Shown: piece after piece, positions 10,520-22,975 of the stretch
Layout of the letters: each line of letters begins with the position of its first letter
How positions within the stretch are numbered: position 1 is the first letter of the stretch
Assembly: GCF_006345805.1 (NCBI RefSeq)
Contig: NC_043009.1
Coordinates: forward strand, 62,000,001 to 62,064,000
DNA from: Octopus sinensis
Lineage: Eukaryota
Direction: 5' to 3'
Length of the DNA stretch: 64,000 nt
Notes under the pieces: generated by a model
What the model saw: the letters and a program-made list of their open reading frames with translations, nothing else
What the model was told of the DNA's origin: nothing
Databases searched by the model: none
Translations under genes and position numbers: made by a program

Positions 10520-11490
10520 TCATCATCATCATCATTTAGCGTCCGTTTTCCATGCTACCATGGGTTGGACGGTTTAACTGGGGTCTGTGAAGCAGGACGG
10601 CTTCATCAGGCTCAGTCAGATTTAGCAGTGTTTCTACAGCTGGATCCCCTTCCTAACGCCAACCACTCCGTGAGTGTAGTGGGTGCTTTTTACGTGCCAC
10701 CTGCACAGGTGCCAGACAGAGCTGGCAAACGGCCACAAACGGATGGTGTTTTTATGTGCCACCGGCATGGGGGCCAGGCGAGGCTGGCAACGGACACGAG
10801 CGGATGGTGCTTTTATGTGCCAACGGCACGGGGGCCAGGCGAGGCTGGCAACGGACAAACGATTGGATAGTTCGCTTAACCACAGCTGCAATTTCCACTG
10901 ATGTTGATTTGGTTTGATTTTGACTGTTCTCACTGGTCTTGCCGGGTCTTCTCACACACAGCATACTTCCATAGGTCTCGGTCTCTAGTCATTTCTTTGG
11001 TGAGACCTAAAGTTCGAAGGTCGTGCTTCACCACCTCGTCCCAGGTTTTCCTGGGTCTACCTCTTCCACAAGTTCCTTCAACTGCTAGAGTGTGGCACTT
11101 TTGCACACAACTATCTTCACCCATTTTCGTCACATGCCCATACCAGCGCAGACGTCTCTCTTGCACACTACATCTGATGCTTCTTAGGTTCAACTTTTCT
11201 CTCAAGGTACTTACACTCTGTCGATTATGAACACTGACATTACACATCCATCAGAGCATACTGGCTTCATTTCTTGCGAGCTTACGCATATCCTCAGCAG
11301 TCACAGCCCATGTTTCACTACCATGTAGCATGGCTGTACGTACACATGCATCATACAGTCTGCCTTTTACTCTGAACGAGAGGCCTTTTGTCACTAGCAG
11401 GGGTAAGAGCTCTCTAAACTTTGCCCAGGCTATTCTTACTCTAGCAGTTACACTTTCAGCACACCCACCCCCGCTGCTGACTTGGTCACC
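10520..11490 (-). mobile_element. Young 5'-truncated RTE LINE (ORF2 C-terminus plus 3' UTR)
   Basis: GDQVSSGGGC...MLHGSETW...RRLRWYGHV...GRGRPRKTW; a single TGA at 11251-11253 (probable CGA decay); (GAT)n tail. Confidence 0.93.
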
Positions 11491-12550
11491 TATATATATA
11501 TATGAATAGATAGATATGTGTGCATGCATGAGTGCCTGTATGGCTGTGTGGTTAAGAAGCTTTTTCTGAATCTCATCGTTTTGGGTTCAGTCCCACTGCA
11601 AGGTATCTCAGGCAAGTCTTCTACTATAGACCTGGGCTGACCAAAGCCTTCTGAGTGGATATGGGAGATGGAAACTGAAAGAGCTCATCACATGCATGTG
11701 TACATGTGTGTGATAGAGAGAGAGAGAGAGTGTGTGTGTGTGTGTGTGTACATTTGTGACATCTTGACTGGATGTGATGTGATTGTTATAGACAAAGGTC
11801 ATTCATTTACAATATCCTGTGAAAACATGCCTGGCCATGGGGGAAATATTACTTTGCTTGGAAACGGGTGAGAATTGGCAGCAGGAAGGACATCCAGCTG
11901 TAGAAAAATTTGCCTTACTATAATTCCATCTGACTCATGTAAGTGTAGAAAACTGGACATCAAAACATTGTGGATTACGATTATACATATGTGTGTGTGT
12001 GTGTGTCTGTGTGTCTCTGTGATTTTGTCTGAGTGCACATGTTTTGTGAATTACGTATTCCCTTAATCTCTCTATTCAGTTCTGTAAAGAAGTGGTTATT
12101 GTGTTCTCTAAACCACTGACATTAACTAGGATAAGGAAAACATTTTATTATTGAGTTTAATATGATTAGCTCTGAGTGTATTGAAGACATACTCTGAGTA
12201 AATCTATATGCACACACACATTGTTTTATGAATTCTAATGGACACACACTAATACAACAGTATAGGCATAGTTTTGTGGGTGCTGCCGTGGACAATAAAC
12301 CAACTGTTATCTTGTAAAATGTCAGTTATTATATATCTATTGTTCCAGGCAGGTTACGTTCTCTCCAAGCATTCCTCTCTTCTTTGGCATTTTTGAGGTT
12401 TTTACTTGTAACTCTACATCACTAGTGACTTGATCAATGTATGTTATTTTGGGTTGTCTGACATGAGAATTCCCCTGCATGTATTTTATAGTTGTTGTTG
12501 TTGTTGGTTGTAGTTCCATGAATCCATTGTTTATTTTGTTGTTGTTCTAG

Positions 12551-12654
12551 CTCCACCCATTCCACAACCAGTTGGCGTCATGAACAATGGGTCAAGAGAC
12601 TTGTCCCGAGATATACAGAAACTTCAGCAACAACTACAAGACATTAAAGATCAG
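12551..12654 (+). CDS. MIB1: MIB1 exon, linker and coiled coil
   Basis: TTCTAG| PPIPQPVGVMNNGSRDLSRDIQKLQQQLQDIKDQ |GTAAGC; matches MIB1 DVQKLQQQLQDIKEQ. Confidence 0.95.
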
Positions 12655-12704
12655 GTAAGCCATGTGTATGCGTGTGTATATATATAAAGGGGTTAAAAAG
12701 AAAA

Positions 12705-13000
12705 ACCCCTTCAGTCATGAATGACCATGGGATTGCACCTAGGAAGTTCCCTTCTGATGCACAAGTCCGGGCAAGGTTGTTTACGGAAGACCAGCAGTTG
12801 CCCATGCATACCAGCCTCCCCTCTCCATGTCACTGATGTTATCCAAGGGAAAGGCAAAGGGGCCGATACGGATTGGCACCAGTGACGTCGCAACACATTT
12901 CTACTGCTGAGTAAACTAGAGCAATGTGAGCCTGGTCTGGGAATCAAACTCACTACCTTATGATTATGAGCCCAACACTCTAACCACTGAGCCATGCACC
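12705..13000 (-). mobile_element. tRNA-derived SINE, CORE-type head with distinct 3' body (head fragments also 13545-13640, 46925-47060, 57035-57155, 59695-59820)
   Basis: Head GGTGCATGGCTCAGTGGTTAGAGTG...GAGTTTGATTCCC. Confidence 0.65.
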
Positions 13001-13013
13001 AACATGTGTATGC

Positions 13014-13066
<53 letters not shown>

Positions 13067-16000
13067 ATCATCATCATCGTTTAGTGTCCGCTTTCCATGC
13101 TAGCATGGGTTGGACATTTCGACCGGGGTCTGGAAAACCAGGAGGCTGCACCAGGCTCCAGTCTGATCTGGCAGTGTTTCTGCTGCTGGATGCCCTTCCT
13201 AATGCCAACCACTTCGTGAGTGTAGTGGGTGCTTTTTATGTGCCACTGGCATAGGGGCCAGAACAGGCTGGCAAACGGTCACGATCGGTTGGTGCTTTTA
13301 CATGTGACCGACACAGACGCCAGTCAGGCGGCGCTGGCATCTGCCATGTCAGATGGTGCCTTTTATGCGTCACTGGCACATCATGGGCTTTCATGTTGTC
13401 TATGACATATGAAGGTTCTGCAGTTACTTGCTTATAGTGATCCAGTGTTTGTGTTGGACATTAGATCACTCCATCCAACAGATCAACATTTCCTGTACAG
13501 ATGTTGAAGTGATTGCAGATCAGTGTGAGATGATGGAGTGCTAAGGTCGTGAACACAATGCACTGCCCAGTTGCAGGAATCAAAACCATGATTTCACAAT
13601 AATGAGTGCAACACCCTGACCACTAAGCCATGTGCCCTCAAATATGCATACATATATATATAATTGAAAAATAGGATAAAATCTTTATAGGAATTTATCA
13701 AGTAGTTAGTGTGAGAAAACTCATAAGGGAAAAACCCATCAATTATTCCTCTTAAATATATTTACTTATATTAAGGGCATTACTATACATAAGTGCCTCA
13801 CACTAGGAGGGACTCTTAAAGTCAAAACTACCATAATGAATAAACATAAACACATGGTAGTTTTGACTCCTAGTGTGAGGCATTTATGTATAGTAATGCC
13901 CTTAATATAAGTATATATATATATATATAGCTACACATATGCCAGCATGGAAAACAGGCATTAAAAGGTGATGATAATGATACATACATATGTATATATA
14001 GCTAGTGCTCTCAATATGTTCTTAAAAATCCAGCTCTAAGTGAAACAGTGCTATATGCAGAGTGGTGGCAGTCATTCTAACATGTTATAGAGATATGAGC
14101 TTTATAGGTTATTTGTAACAGTGATATAAACACAAATGGTAATAATAGGCATTACCAAGTAATTGGTAAATTCAGAAACTTGCTGTTACATCCATCAAAC
14201 ACTTAAGAATTTTAGACAGTCTTTGGGTGAGAGACTATCTAAAAACTTTTCAGTATTCGAAAGGGGTGATAGTCTCTCACCCAAAAACTATCTAAAATTT
14301 TGTGATGTGAAGGTATGATGGAATTGGGAAAGTTTAATCAGTTAAGAAGAGCTAATGTTTTAAAATGATTAAACAAGTGAAATTAATCAAAAGTACGTCA
14401 GTCTCTGCACCATTAATTCAGTTGAACTGCAACTGTGCAAATTAGAAGAGAAGCTGCTACTTTTGGGATGAGAGCCAAGGGTGTTGTTTTTTGTACATTA
14501 GTTTCTTTTCCAAGAATGCGTCTAATGTTGTTTGCCTTTCTTAACCACAACTTCTTTCAAATGCTGTCTACACAGTTCTTGGTTAATTTGTCTCAGATTG
14601 CTTTGATATTATTTATGCCCTTCAAGATGTGATAGTTTTTCCAAAAGTTCATGAATCGGCCCTTTTAATCCAAAGCTACCTCTGCAACTCGAACGACACT
14701 CTTCTTCATCACAACCCTTGCAAAACACAATCACTTTTAAGGACTTAGAGGGAGCATCATGCAATGCCCCCACAGTTCCACTACTCAAAGTGTTGACCGG
14801 CCTGTCCTGATACTTTGCAAGTTACCTTCCATTGATTTCTCCCATGTGTTCTTCCCAGGACATTGTAAGTTCTGCTATGATCAATTGCATTGCTTGGTTA
14901 ATATAATAACGTAGTAAGACGGCAAGCTTTCGTCTGTCTTTATGTTCTGAGTTCAAATTCCACCAAGGTCAACTTTGCCTTTCATCCTCTCAGGGTCGAT
15001 AGATTAAGTACCAGTTGCATACCATGATCGATCTAATCGACTGGCTCCCTCCCCAAAAATTTCAAGTCTTGTACCTCGAGTAGAAATGAATATAATAATG
15101 TAGTGTTATCCCACTGGAAAATACTGTCTGCTAGAAAAAAAAAGGGTGCTACAGCAATCAGTGCTCAGCAGGGTGTCTACAGTAGTATATAGTTTATTAT
15201 GAGGTACAGTGGTTGTGATGTTGAAAGTACATTTGATCATCTGATCAAAAGTCACTATAGTTAAGAGGAAGAAGCAGGCAGATGCCTTCCCTTTTCCTGA
15301 CTCCCATACTAACGATCTTTGTGCAGTACAAACCTAGTTTCTATTAACATATTAAGGCACAGGCATTGCTGGATGGTTAAGTTTGATTGGTAACCATTGT
15401 TTCAGGTTCAATTTCATTTTGTGCCTTGGGCAGATGTCAGCTATCCCCCCCTCCCAAGCTGACAAAGCCTTGTGGGTGGGTTTGGTAGATGGAAACTGAA
15501 AGAAGCCCATCGTATGTGTATATATGTTACTGTTTCCTTGTCTTGACATCACTTGATAGTCGTAAATGACCACCACTACCATACAAGCAGGTATCCTTTG
15601 TTTTCGTTCTTCCACGAAAAAATGTCTGGCCATGGGGAAATGCGGGGACGGCTGGCAACACGAAGGGTATCCAACCATCAAAAATCAACCTCAACAACTT
15701 CCTTCCATGTATGATTACAATGGCGATGTTGTGGTAGGATTCCCTAGGCAAGGGAGCTTACTCTGCTCTCTTTCATCTCAACTGGGACTTTTTAAGTTGT
15801 CATTTATTAACCACGAACATATTCTCAAGTTTCAATCTCTCAAAGCTGTCACCAAATATTATAATAATTTTAGTTTTTCTCTTATTTATTTTTGCTTAAT
15901 GGTAAATATATTTAAAAAATTCTTGATAAATTGTCTGCGTAAATATCTCTGCCGTGTGTCAAACACTGGATAACAGTGAACTTCTCTGATATTTACATTT

Positions 16001-16196
16001 TGTCTCTACAACACCAACAAAAGATACCAGTAATACATTGCATCTAATTCAGTGGTATTATATCTTCTCAAAACCATTTAGACTAATTAGTTACGTGATT
16101 TGGATTTAGTGCTGTGTGAACCTTTTGTCAGGCAAGTCTGACCCTGTGCCAGTGTTCTAAAATTTTCTTATTTTATTCTTGTCTTTGCTATTTCAG

Positions 16197-16337
16197 ACTT
16201 GCTGTCCAGTGTGTATGGATCGACTAAAGAACATGATCTTCCTGTGTGGCCACGGAACCTGCCAGATGTGTGGTGACCGTATGGCCGAGTGTCCAATATG
16301 TCGCAAGGCTGTCGAGAAAAGAATCCTTCTCTATTGA
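16197..16337 (+). CDS. MIB1: MIB1 last coding exon, RING finger 3
   Basis: TTTCAG| [49 protein letters not shown], the canonical MIB1 C-terminus. Confidence 0.97.
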   Translation, partial: TCCPVCMDRLKNMIFLCGHGTCQMCGDRMAECPICRKAVEKRILLY

Positions 16338-19300
16338 TTCCCTTTGAACTGACTTTCTCGTGTCAGGGCTCCCCTGTAGCAAAAAAGGATGAGAAGGGAT
16401 AATAATGCAAACGGGATTTTTTTGACAAAAGAAAAAAAAAATATATAAATAGGGGAGGTTTGGTTACAACTTGCTATTCAAGACGTTTTGCTGCGTAATC
16501 TTTTAGATTTATATCTTCCACCTTCTGACCCTTCAAATCTCTCCTGCTTCTAAATGTTGTTCTTGCAACAGTCTGTCCAGCTTTGATTTTCTTATTTAAT
16601 CTTTCACTCTTTGATCTTTGCGACAATTGTCATGGTGATTTAGTCTGATTCTCATCTGTTTTACAGTTTCTTTGAGTGCATCCCCCCCTCTCTCTCTCTT
16701 TAGTGTTGATACTGACCACCAGTCAGCTAAAACTGCCGTGTGTGTGTACCTCTTTAGTCTTGAGACTGTCCACGCGTGAACCCCTAGTCTTGAACCTGCC
16801 CACACATGTGTACCCCTAGTCTTGAAACTGTCCACATGTACCTTAAACTCAGCACCTCTGCCGGAAAAAAACAAAACAAAAAAAAAAGGGACTTAACTTT
16901 TCAAATATCTGCTATGACCCCCAAGTTTTAAAGAATCAGATTGTGTTCTTCAGTTTTTACTTGAAAAACATTGTCAGTTATTGTCTTGTAACCCCACCTC
17001 CTCCAATTCTTTTCGGTAAAACATAAGCACCTGAACTTCCATATTTCTCTTATAAACAAGTTTGGCTTCAATGGCATCTATGGTTGTTCTATTCTTGTTA
17101 CATTTGATAAATATTCCTAAAAATAATGCAACTCTTAAAAAAAAACACATTTTATTCAGAAGAAAAGATTATTCCATCCCCTGTCACAGACTCTAGAATG
17201 TTGTCTCATTATTCTAAGTCACACAGGATCAAATCATGTCCATAATTTTAAATATATCCTCAAAACTTATTGAGCAAACTATTACATTAAAAACAAAAGC
17301 AAACTTTTAAATATAGATTTTTATGTTTTAGTTCCGAAATATAATTTAGTTGTATAACGTCTTCCACTTGTATTCCTGGAATAGAAGCATACAACTAATA
17401 AGCCTTGTCTCTTTTCTGAAAAATTGTAGCTTAGACGTTTCCAGTTATTTTGGCTAATTATGGTAGACAGGCTTGTGAAGAGCTCTCTACTTTTCATTTT
17501 CTGTTTCACTTCATTTGACGTTAATTAATACCTGTCAGAAAAGCATGTATCTCACACAATATCATTCTCATGTTTATGGAAATTAGATATGTTGGAAGAT
17601 AAGAATTTATCTTAGCAATCTATAATTATGGAAATGCGTGAGAGAGAGTGACCATTTCTCTCTCTCCTTAATAATACTCACATTATTATACTTGAAAGAT
17701 GGTAATCTATAATGAAATATAGATCCTATAATTCTACATACAATCTTCTGTAACCCCCCATTACACTGGACGGTTGCAAAGCAACAGATCCAAAGAAATA
17801 TATATATATATATATAAAAAAAAAACCTACTTCATTACAATAAATATCAATTTTAGATTTCAAAAAAATTGTTTTTTTTTTTAAACATTTCTTTGAAAAA
17901 AGAAAAGAGAAAAAAACCCCTTGAATCTAGGAGTCACTGTGAATGACATGTTTCATAGCTGGGTTGAATTACAACAGCCCCTGTCATTGTAAAATGTATT
18001 AAAATCTTAACCCAAGATAAAAGGGGTAACACAACGAAAAGACGAAATAATAAGAGACACAGACGGTGGCTTACATAGTTTAATGTCACAATAGCATAGT
18101 GATCAGTTTGTATGCCTCAATCTTCCACCACATGACACCTTAAACAGAGCACAATAAGAGCCTGTCTTCAGCAGAATTTCACACATCCATTCTTCATGCA
18201 TCCAAATGTGTAAAAATAGAACTTTAAAGTCTTTTTTTTTTCTGTTTTTGAATTCCTGAAAATGATTTTTATAATAAATTTTGGGGTTGGCTAATGTAGC
18301 CTTACTGAAATAGGGCCAGGCTTTGGGGGGGAAAAAGGCCAGGCTTCTGATTATATCTGTGAAATTCTGCAAACAAACATGAATACAATGATAAATTTTG
18401 CAGATGACAAATATCACAGCTTAAAATTTGGATAAAAATATAACATTGGCAATTTTACCAAAAATTCATAAATGTAAGCAATCTGTTTCCGAATTTATAT
18501 TAAACCAAGGTCTTTGCCTGTATTATTTTTCTCTAGAGGAGAGAAAGGAGAGGTATTAGTGATAATAAGGGCGACATTAAAAACCAAAGGAATGTTTTGA
18601 CTTAATAGAAAATACTGACTGTGCTAAAGAATTTATAAAAGGCTTATAAAATAGAGAGAGAGAGACATTATGAAAGTAGAATGTAATCCTATTTAATTAA
18701 ACATGATGTGTAGAACTGGTAAATGTACAGAGAAAACCAAAGTAGAAGGAATACCGAAGCAAAGACCTTGGTGTGTATTTAAACATTGTAGACCATCTTT
18801 GGGCAGTTAGAGATGTATTATGTATCACATTCACTTCAACTAATGAGACTTGTTTAAAATTAAATTAGTCTGACCAATTCTTAATGAAACTTTCAATCCT
18901 CTGAGAGAATAATAGATATAATGGTAAAATAGAAGCAAGAACTGAAATAATGCAGACAAGTCTATGGAAGTTGATAGATTCTCTATAAAATAATTTTCAT
19001 TGAAAGAATAAATTTTGTCTGAAATGTCCCTCACAGAAAGTAGTCAAAAGATCTGTGAACATCTTACATCAATTACCAACCGAAAATGGTCTTGAGACTT
19101 CAAAAAGAGTCAAGTATTCACAAATTAGTGCTAAATACTGCACTGACAAGCAGTTTTAATCTTCCCAAATGTTGAATAATTTCTCCACAGGAGAATGAAG
19201 TTGCTACAGATATTTGTCATCGACCTGCTGAGATAAAATTATATACAATACATATGGCCAAAGTCACAGTTAGAATGGAGGGGGGAATTATTGATGTATA

Positions 19301-22184
19301 TATATTTTAAAAAATATTAGTGCAAAGTATATGAAGATTTCACCCCTTCATGAAGCTAATTGTAGAGAAATAGTGAGCAGCAAAAGTTTTAGTAACTATG
19401 TACAGTAAGTAATGTAGTGCCATTGGATGCGTGTTACAAATATTCTGGAAGTTGACGTTACACGTAAATTCACAGCAGCAATAAAAATGCTGTTGATGGT
19501 TTTTACAATTGTTCGACCTTAACTTACAAATAGTGTTGTTGTCTACAAGAGAGGAAAGAGGAAATTTCAGTAGCTAGACGCAACTCCAGGAAGCTAAGTC
19601 ACTTTAAAGTTCTGTTCAGTTTATCTAAGTGTCAGCAGAAATGACAAATCTGTTTTAGCTCGACAGAGGTGGCAGCTGCTTTAATTGAACAGATACACCA
19701 ATCACACACACAAATTATATGACTTGGCCATAGTTATATTATAAAGCATAGTTTAAAAAATACAAGCTAAATATTTAAGGGGTCTTTTTTTTTTGGTTAT
19801 TTTAATCTAAGTTGGTGGGAGAGGGGACTAAAATAATAGGAATCAAATAAAAAGCCTCAAATTTCAGTTGTTTTTAGCGAAAGTTAAAAGGGTAACAGCG
19901 ACAAGGTGGAAACAAGTTTAGACCAGAAATAACCAGAACTGTTTAATTAAAATTAGTTTTTGGGTGAGAACGAGATTTTCAATGAAATATTCTTTCTTGA
20001 AGCACATTAAACCTCCACATTGGAAAAGTTCAATATAAGTGGCTGAATAGTTTTAGTTTAAATAATTATTTACTGATGATGAACATTGCAATTATGTGGT
20101 TTCTATATTAAATAGAATACTAGCTGCAATCAGGGATTTAGTCTAGCATGGAATCTAACGAGAAACAACCTGGAGGCAGAACTAATAATATTAAACTACC
20201 AACTTTTTTTTTTTTTTTTTAAACAGTGGTTTTATGAGGATCATAGATGGTCTAAGAGCTGAATGGTTAGAAATAGGGTGGTTGTGTGTGTAATATGCAG
20301 ACACCCTCCACCCAACAAAATATGCAGCTGGTTGGTGAGTTAAAATTGGAAAGCAGAAGCCAAAGCATGGTTAAAAATGAAACAAGAATTTAGAAGCTTT
20401 CCGCAAGCAATTCACAGAACGACATAAAGGAGTTTACAGCAAAATATTTGATAGTTAAAAACAAACAAACAAAAGAAAAAAACTATTTGTGCATCATCAT
20501 CATACATCTATTTTTCCATGCTAGTGTGTGTGTGTGTGTGTATTATACTCTCACACAGATGGGTGGAGCAGGTATACTGTTGGCAAACAAATGATTAAAG
20601 CAACTCAGGTAATCAGAGAGAATAACGTAGACAACAATGGTAGCCTTTGCATATACACTACAAACAGGACTGACATGATCAAAAGAACCCCCTGTATTTT
20701 ACTGTGTTTGAGACATGGTAGGCAACCGAGAGGATCATGGCTGGTCTCCTACCAGTCAGGCAAACACACATCCTAACACTGACAAAAACAATCTGGAGAA
20801 GCCAAGTGATCTCTGAGCCAGATGTAGGTTTAAAGTAGTACTATATGACACGGAGAAACGGAATCCTAACAGAGTCCTTCGACATACAAGACAACTTGAT
20901 GCAAGCCATAGACCAGATTAGTGAATGTACTAATAGTCCAGCCAGACAAAAAAGTGAAAGGACGCTAGAATGGTAAAGTAGATAGAGCCGGAAAGAATGG
21001 AATAAAGAGTGGGAATGGGGGGCAACAGAAGATGTACTAAGCAAAGAGAGAAACTGAAAGCAAGAGGTTGGTCAATGCTCTCCGATGAGAGAGACTGCAT
21101 TACAGAGCAGCGTGCTAGTAGAAAGAAGACCTTACTAGTGAAAAGTGCATATGTAATGAAAGTGTCACTCTTCACCCTAATTAATGCTAAGAAGACCAAG
21201 AACAGAGATGCTACTATAAGATGCGGTCGAATACTCTAGAAGTATTTGAGAATTCTTGTTACCTATTTGACTAAAGTAGCAGTGAAGGAGAGATTACTGA
21301 AAGCATAGTAGTCAGAATGAGTAGCAAAAAAAATACAAGAAACTATTACATCTATTGGCTACAAAGAGGTTGTTTTTGCCATCAGATTGTATAATACAAC
21401 GCTGCATGGTAGAGAAACATGCATTGAATGAAGAGAGGATGTATGAAGGCTGGAAAGAAATGAAGTAAGTATGCTCTAAAGGATATTTAATGCTGGTGTG
21501 TATGAATGAGGGAAAATGGTATACGCAGAACCAGACGTAGAGTGCAAGAAAGACTGACCTGATATGAACATGTAGTGTATTGGGAGGGAAAACCTAGGAA
21601 GACATGACAAGTGGTGAGGGTTGATCTCAGAAGGTTAAATTCTAAAAAGGTTTGTGTGGCTGGTTTCCTTATCAGTGACGAGACACTGTGCTAGAGAAGG
21701 GCTAACCAACCCAGTCGAGCATGAATAATGGCGATGATGATGATGAGGGGACATATATTAAATGTAACACACATGCATGGAACATGGATGTCAAATGATG
21801 ATGATAAATAATATACATTATATATAAGTATATACGACACAAGCACATGTATACTGAAACTGAAACAAGCACATAGACGTAGAAATATAGCGTGACACGT
21901 AAGGTAGTTGCCAAGCAATAAGACTGAAGAGGTAGCCAGTAATAATAAGCACGAAAATAAAAGTGTAGATACAAACGACAAAAGAGAACGGAAGTAGCTG
22001 CAGAGGGATGAGGAAGGAAGCAGGGATTAAATAAGTTGAAATATTGACAAATGATAAGAGGGGTGGGGAGGAGGGCGATAAAAACGTTTCTGATTTCTCA
22101 GGACTCTTTTTTTTTTTTTTGAGAAGATCGATTCATTAAGAAACAGATTCTACAGTTAAAAAGGTTTAAAATGTTCAGATAATG

Positions 22185-22190
22185 TTTATT
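22185..22190 (-). terminator. Candidate proximal polyadenylation signal of NUP153
   Basis: AATAAA on the - strand about 420 nt after the stop codon, before LINE debris begins. Confidence 0.5.
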
Positions 22191-22605
22191 TACAAATTTC
22201 TTTCTGTCAAAAACAGATCTCCACATCTTGGGTGTTCCATGTCCGTATGTAAATGATGTAAGGAATAGTAGGAGAGTGGGGGTGGGGTGGAGAGGAGGAG
22301 GAGGAGAAGAAGCTGACAGCCTGTGTGTGATGTTGAGAAGCAAGAAAAGGAAGCTGACAGCGGTGTGTGAGGCGGGACGGGGAGAGGAAGAGGAGACTAA
22401 GTTTGAGAATTTACAGGAAGTTACAGAAAGAATAAAAATTACAAAGAGAGGGAGAGTGAGATGGGGAGGGGGGTATCACCTGATAATTTAATTGTTTTGT
22501 CTAAAAGAGTTTTAACTGCTGTGTGGCCCAGCTGGAGTAGGAGAGGTGCCACCAGACTTTTCAATGTTCTATCGGAATGTTCCCTCATCACAGCAGCAGC
22601 TGTTG

Positions 22606-22681
22606 TTACACTTTCCGGGTTCTTCTGATGGCTTTCTTCACAACACGGCCACTCTGGGGTTGAGAGCTGTCACTGTTGCCA
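22606..22681 (-). CDS. NUP153: NUP153 last coding exon (basic tail)
   Basis: TTTCAG| GNSDSSQPQSGRVVKKAIRRTRKV-TAA; resembles the NUP153 terminus GRKIKTAVRRRK. Confidence 0.92.
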
Positions 22682-22796
22682 CTGAAACAACAAAGGAAAC
22701 CAGAATTATGTAACTTCAAGGTGGTGAGGAGGAAGAGGAAGAAGAAGAGTAGAAGAGGAGGCAAAGTAAATGAAGATAAAAAAAAAAGAAACTTAC

Positions 22797-22975
22797 CTGA
22801 ATGTGAATCCTCCAGAAGTAAAATTGAAATTTGGGGGGGTTGCATTGAACTGGAACCCTGCTGATGTTCCAGTACCCAGAGGACCGGGATTTGTGTTTGT
22901 AGAAGGGGTCTGACCAAACTGGAACAAATTACTATTCACAGCAGTAGTAGCAGCAGTAGTAGTATTGTCACTTGG
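22797..22975 (-). CDS. NUP153: NUP153 exon, FG region
   Basis: PSDNTTT...LFQFGQ...FQFNATPPNFNFTSGGFTF; AG/GTAAG boundaries, phase 0-2. Confidence 0.9.

Noticed and set aside
20700-21750. Short ORFs between the two genes suggesting a third gene
   Set aside because: Look like decayed LINE fragments, including an RTE-type (GAT)n tail; no coherent exon chain
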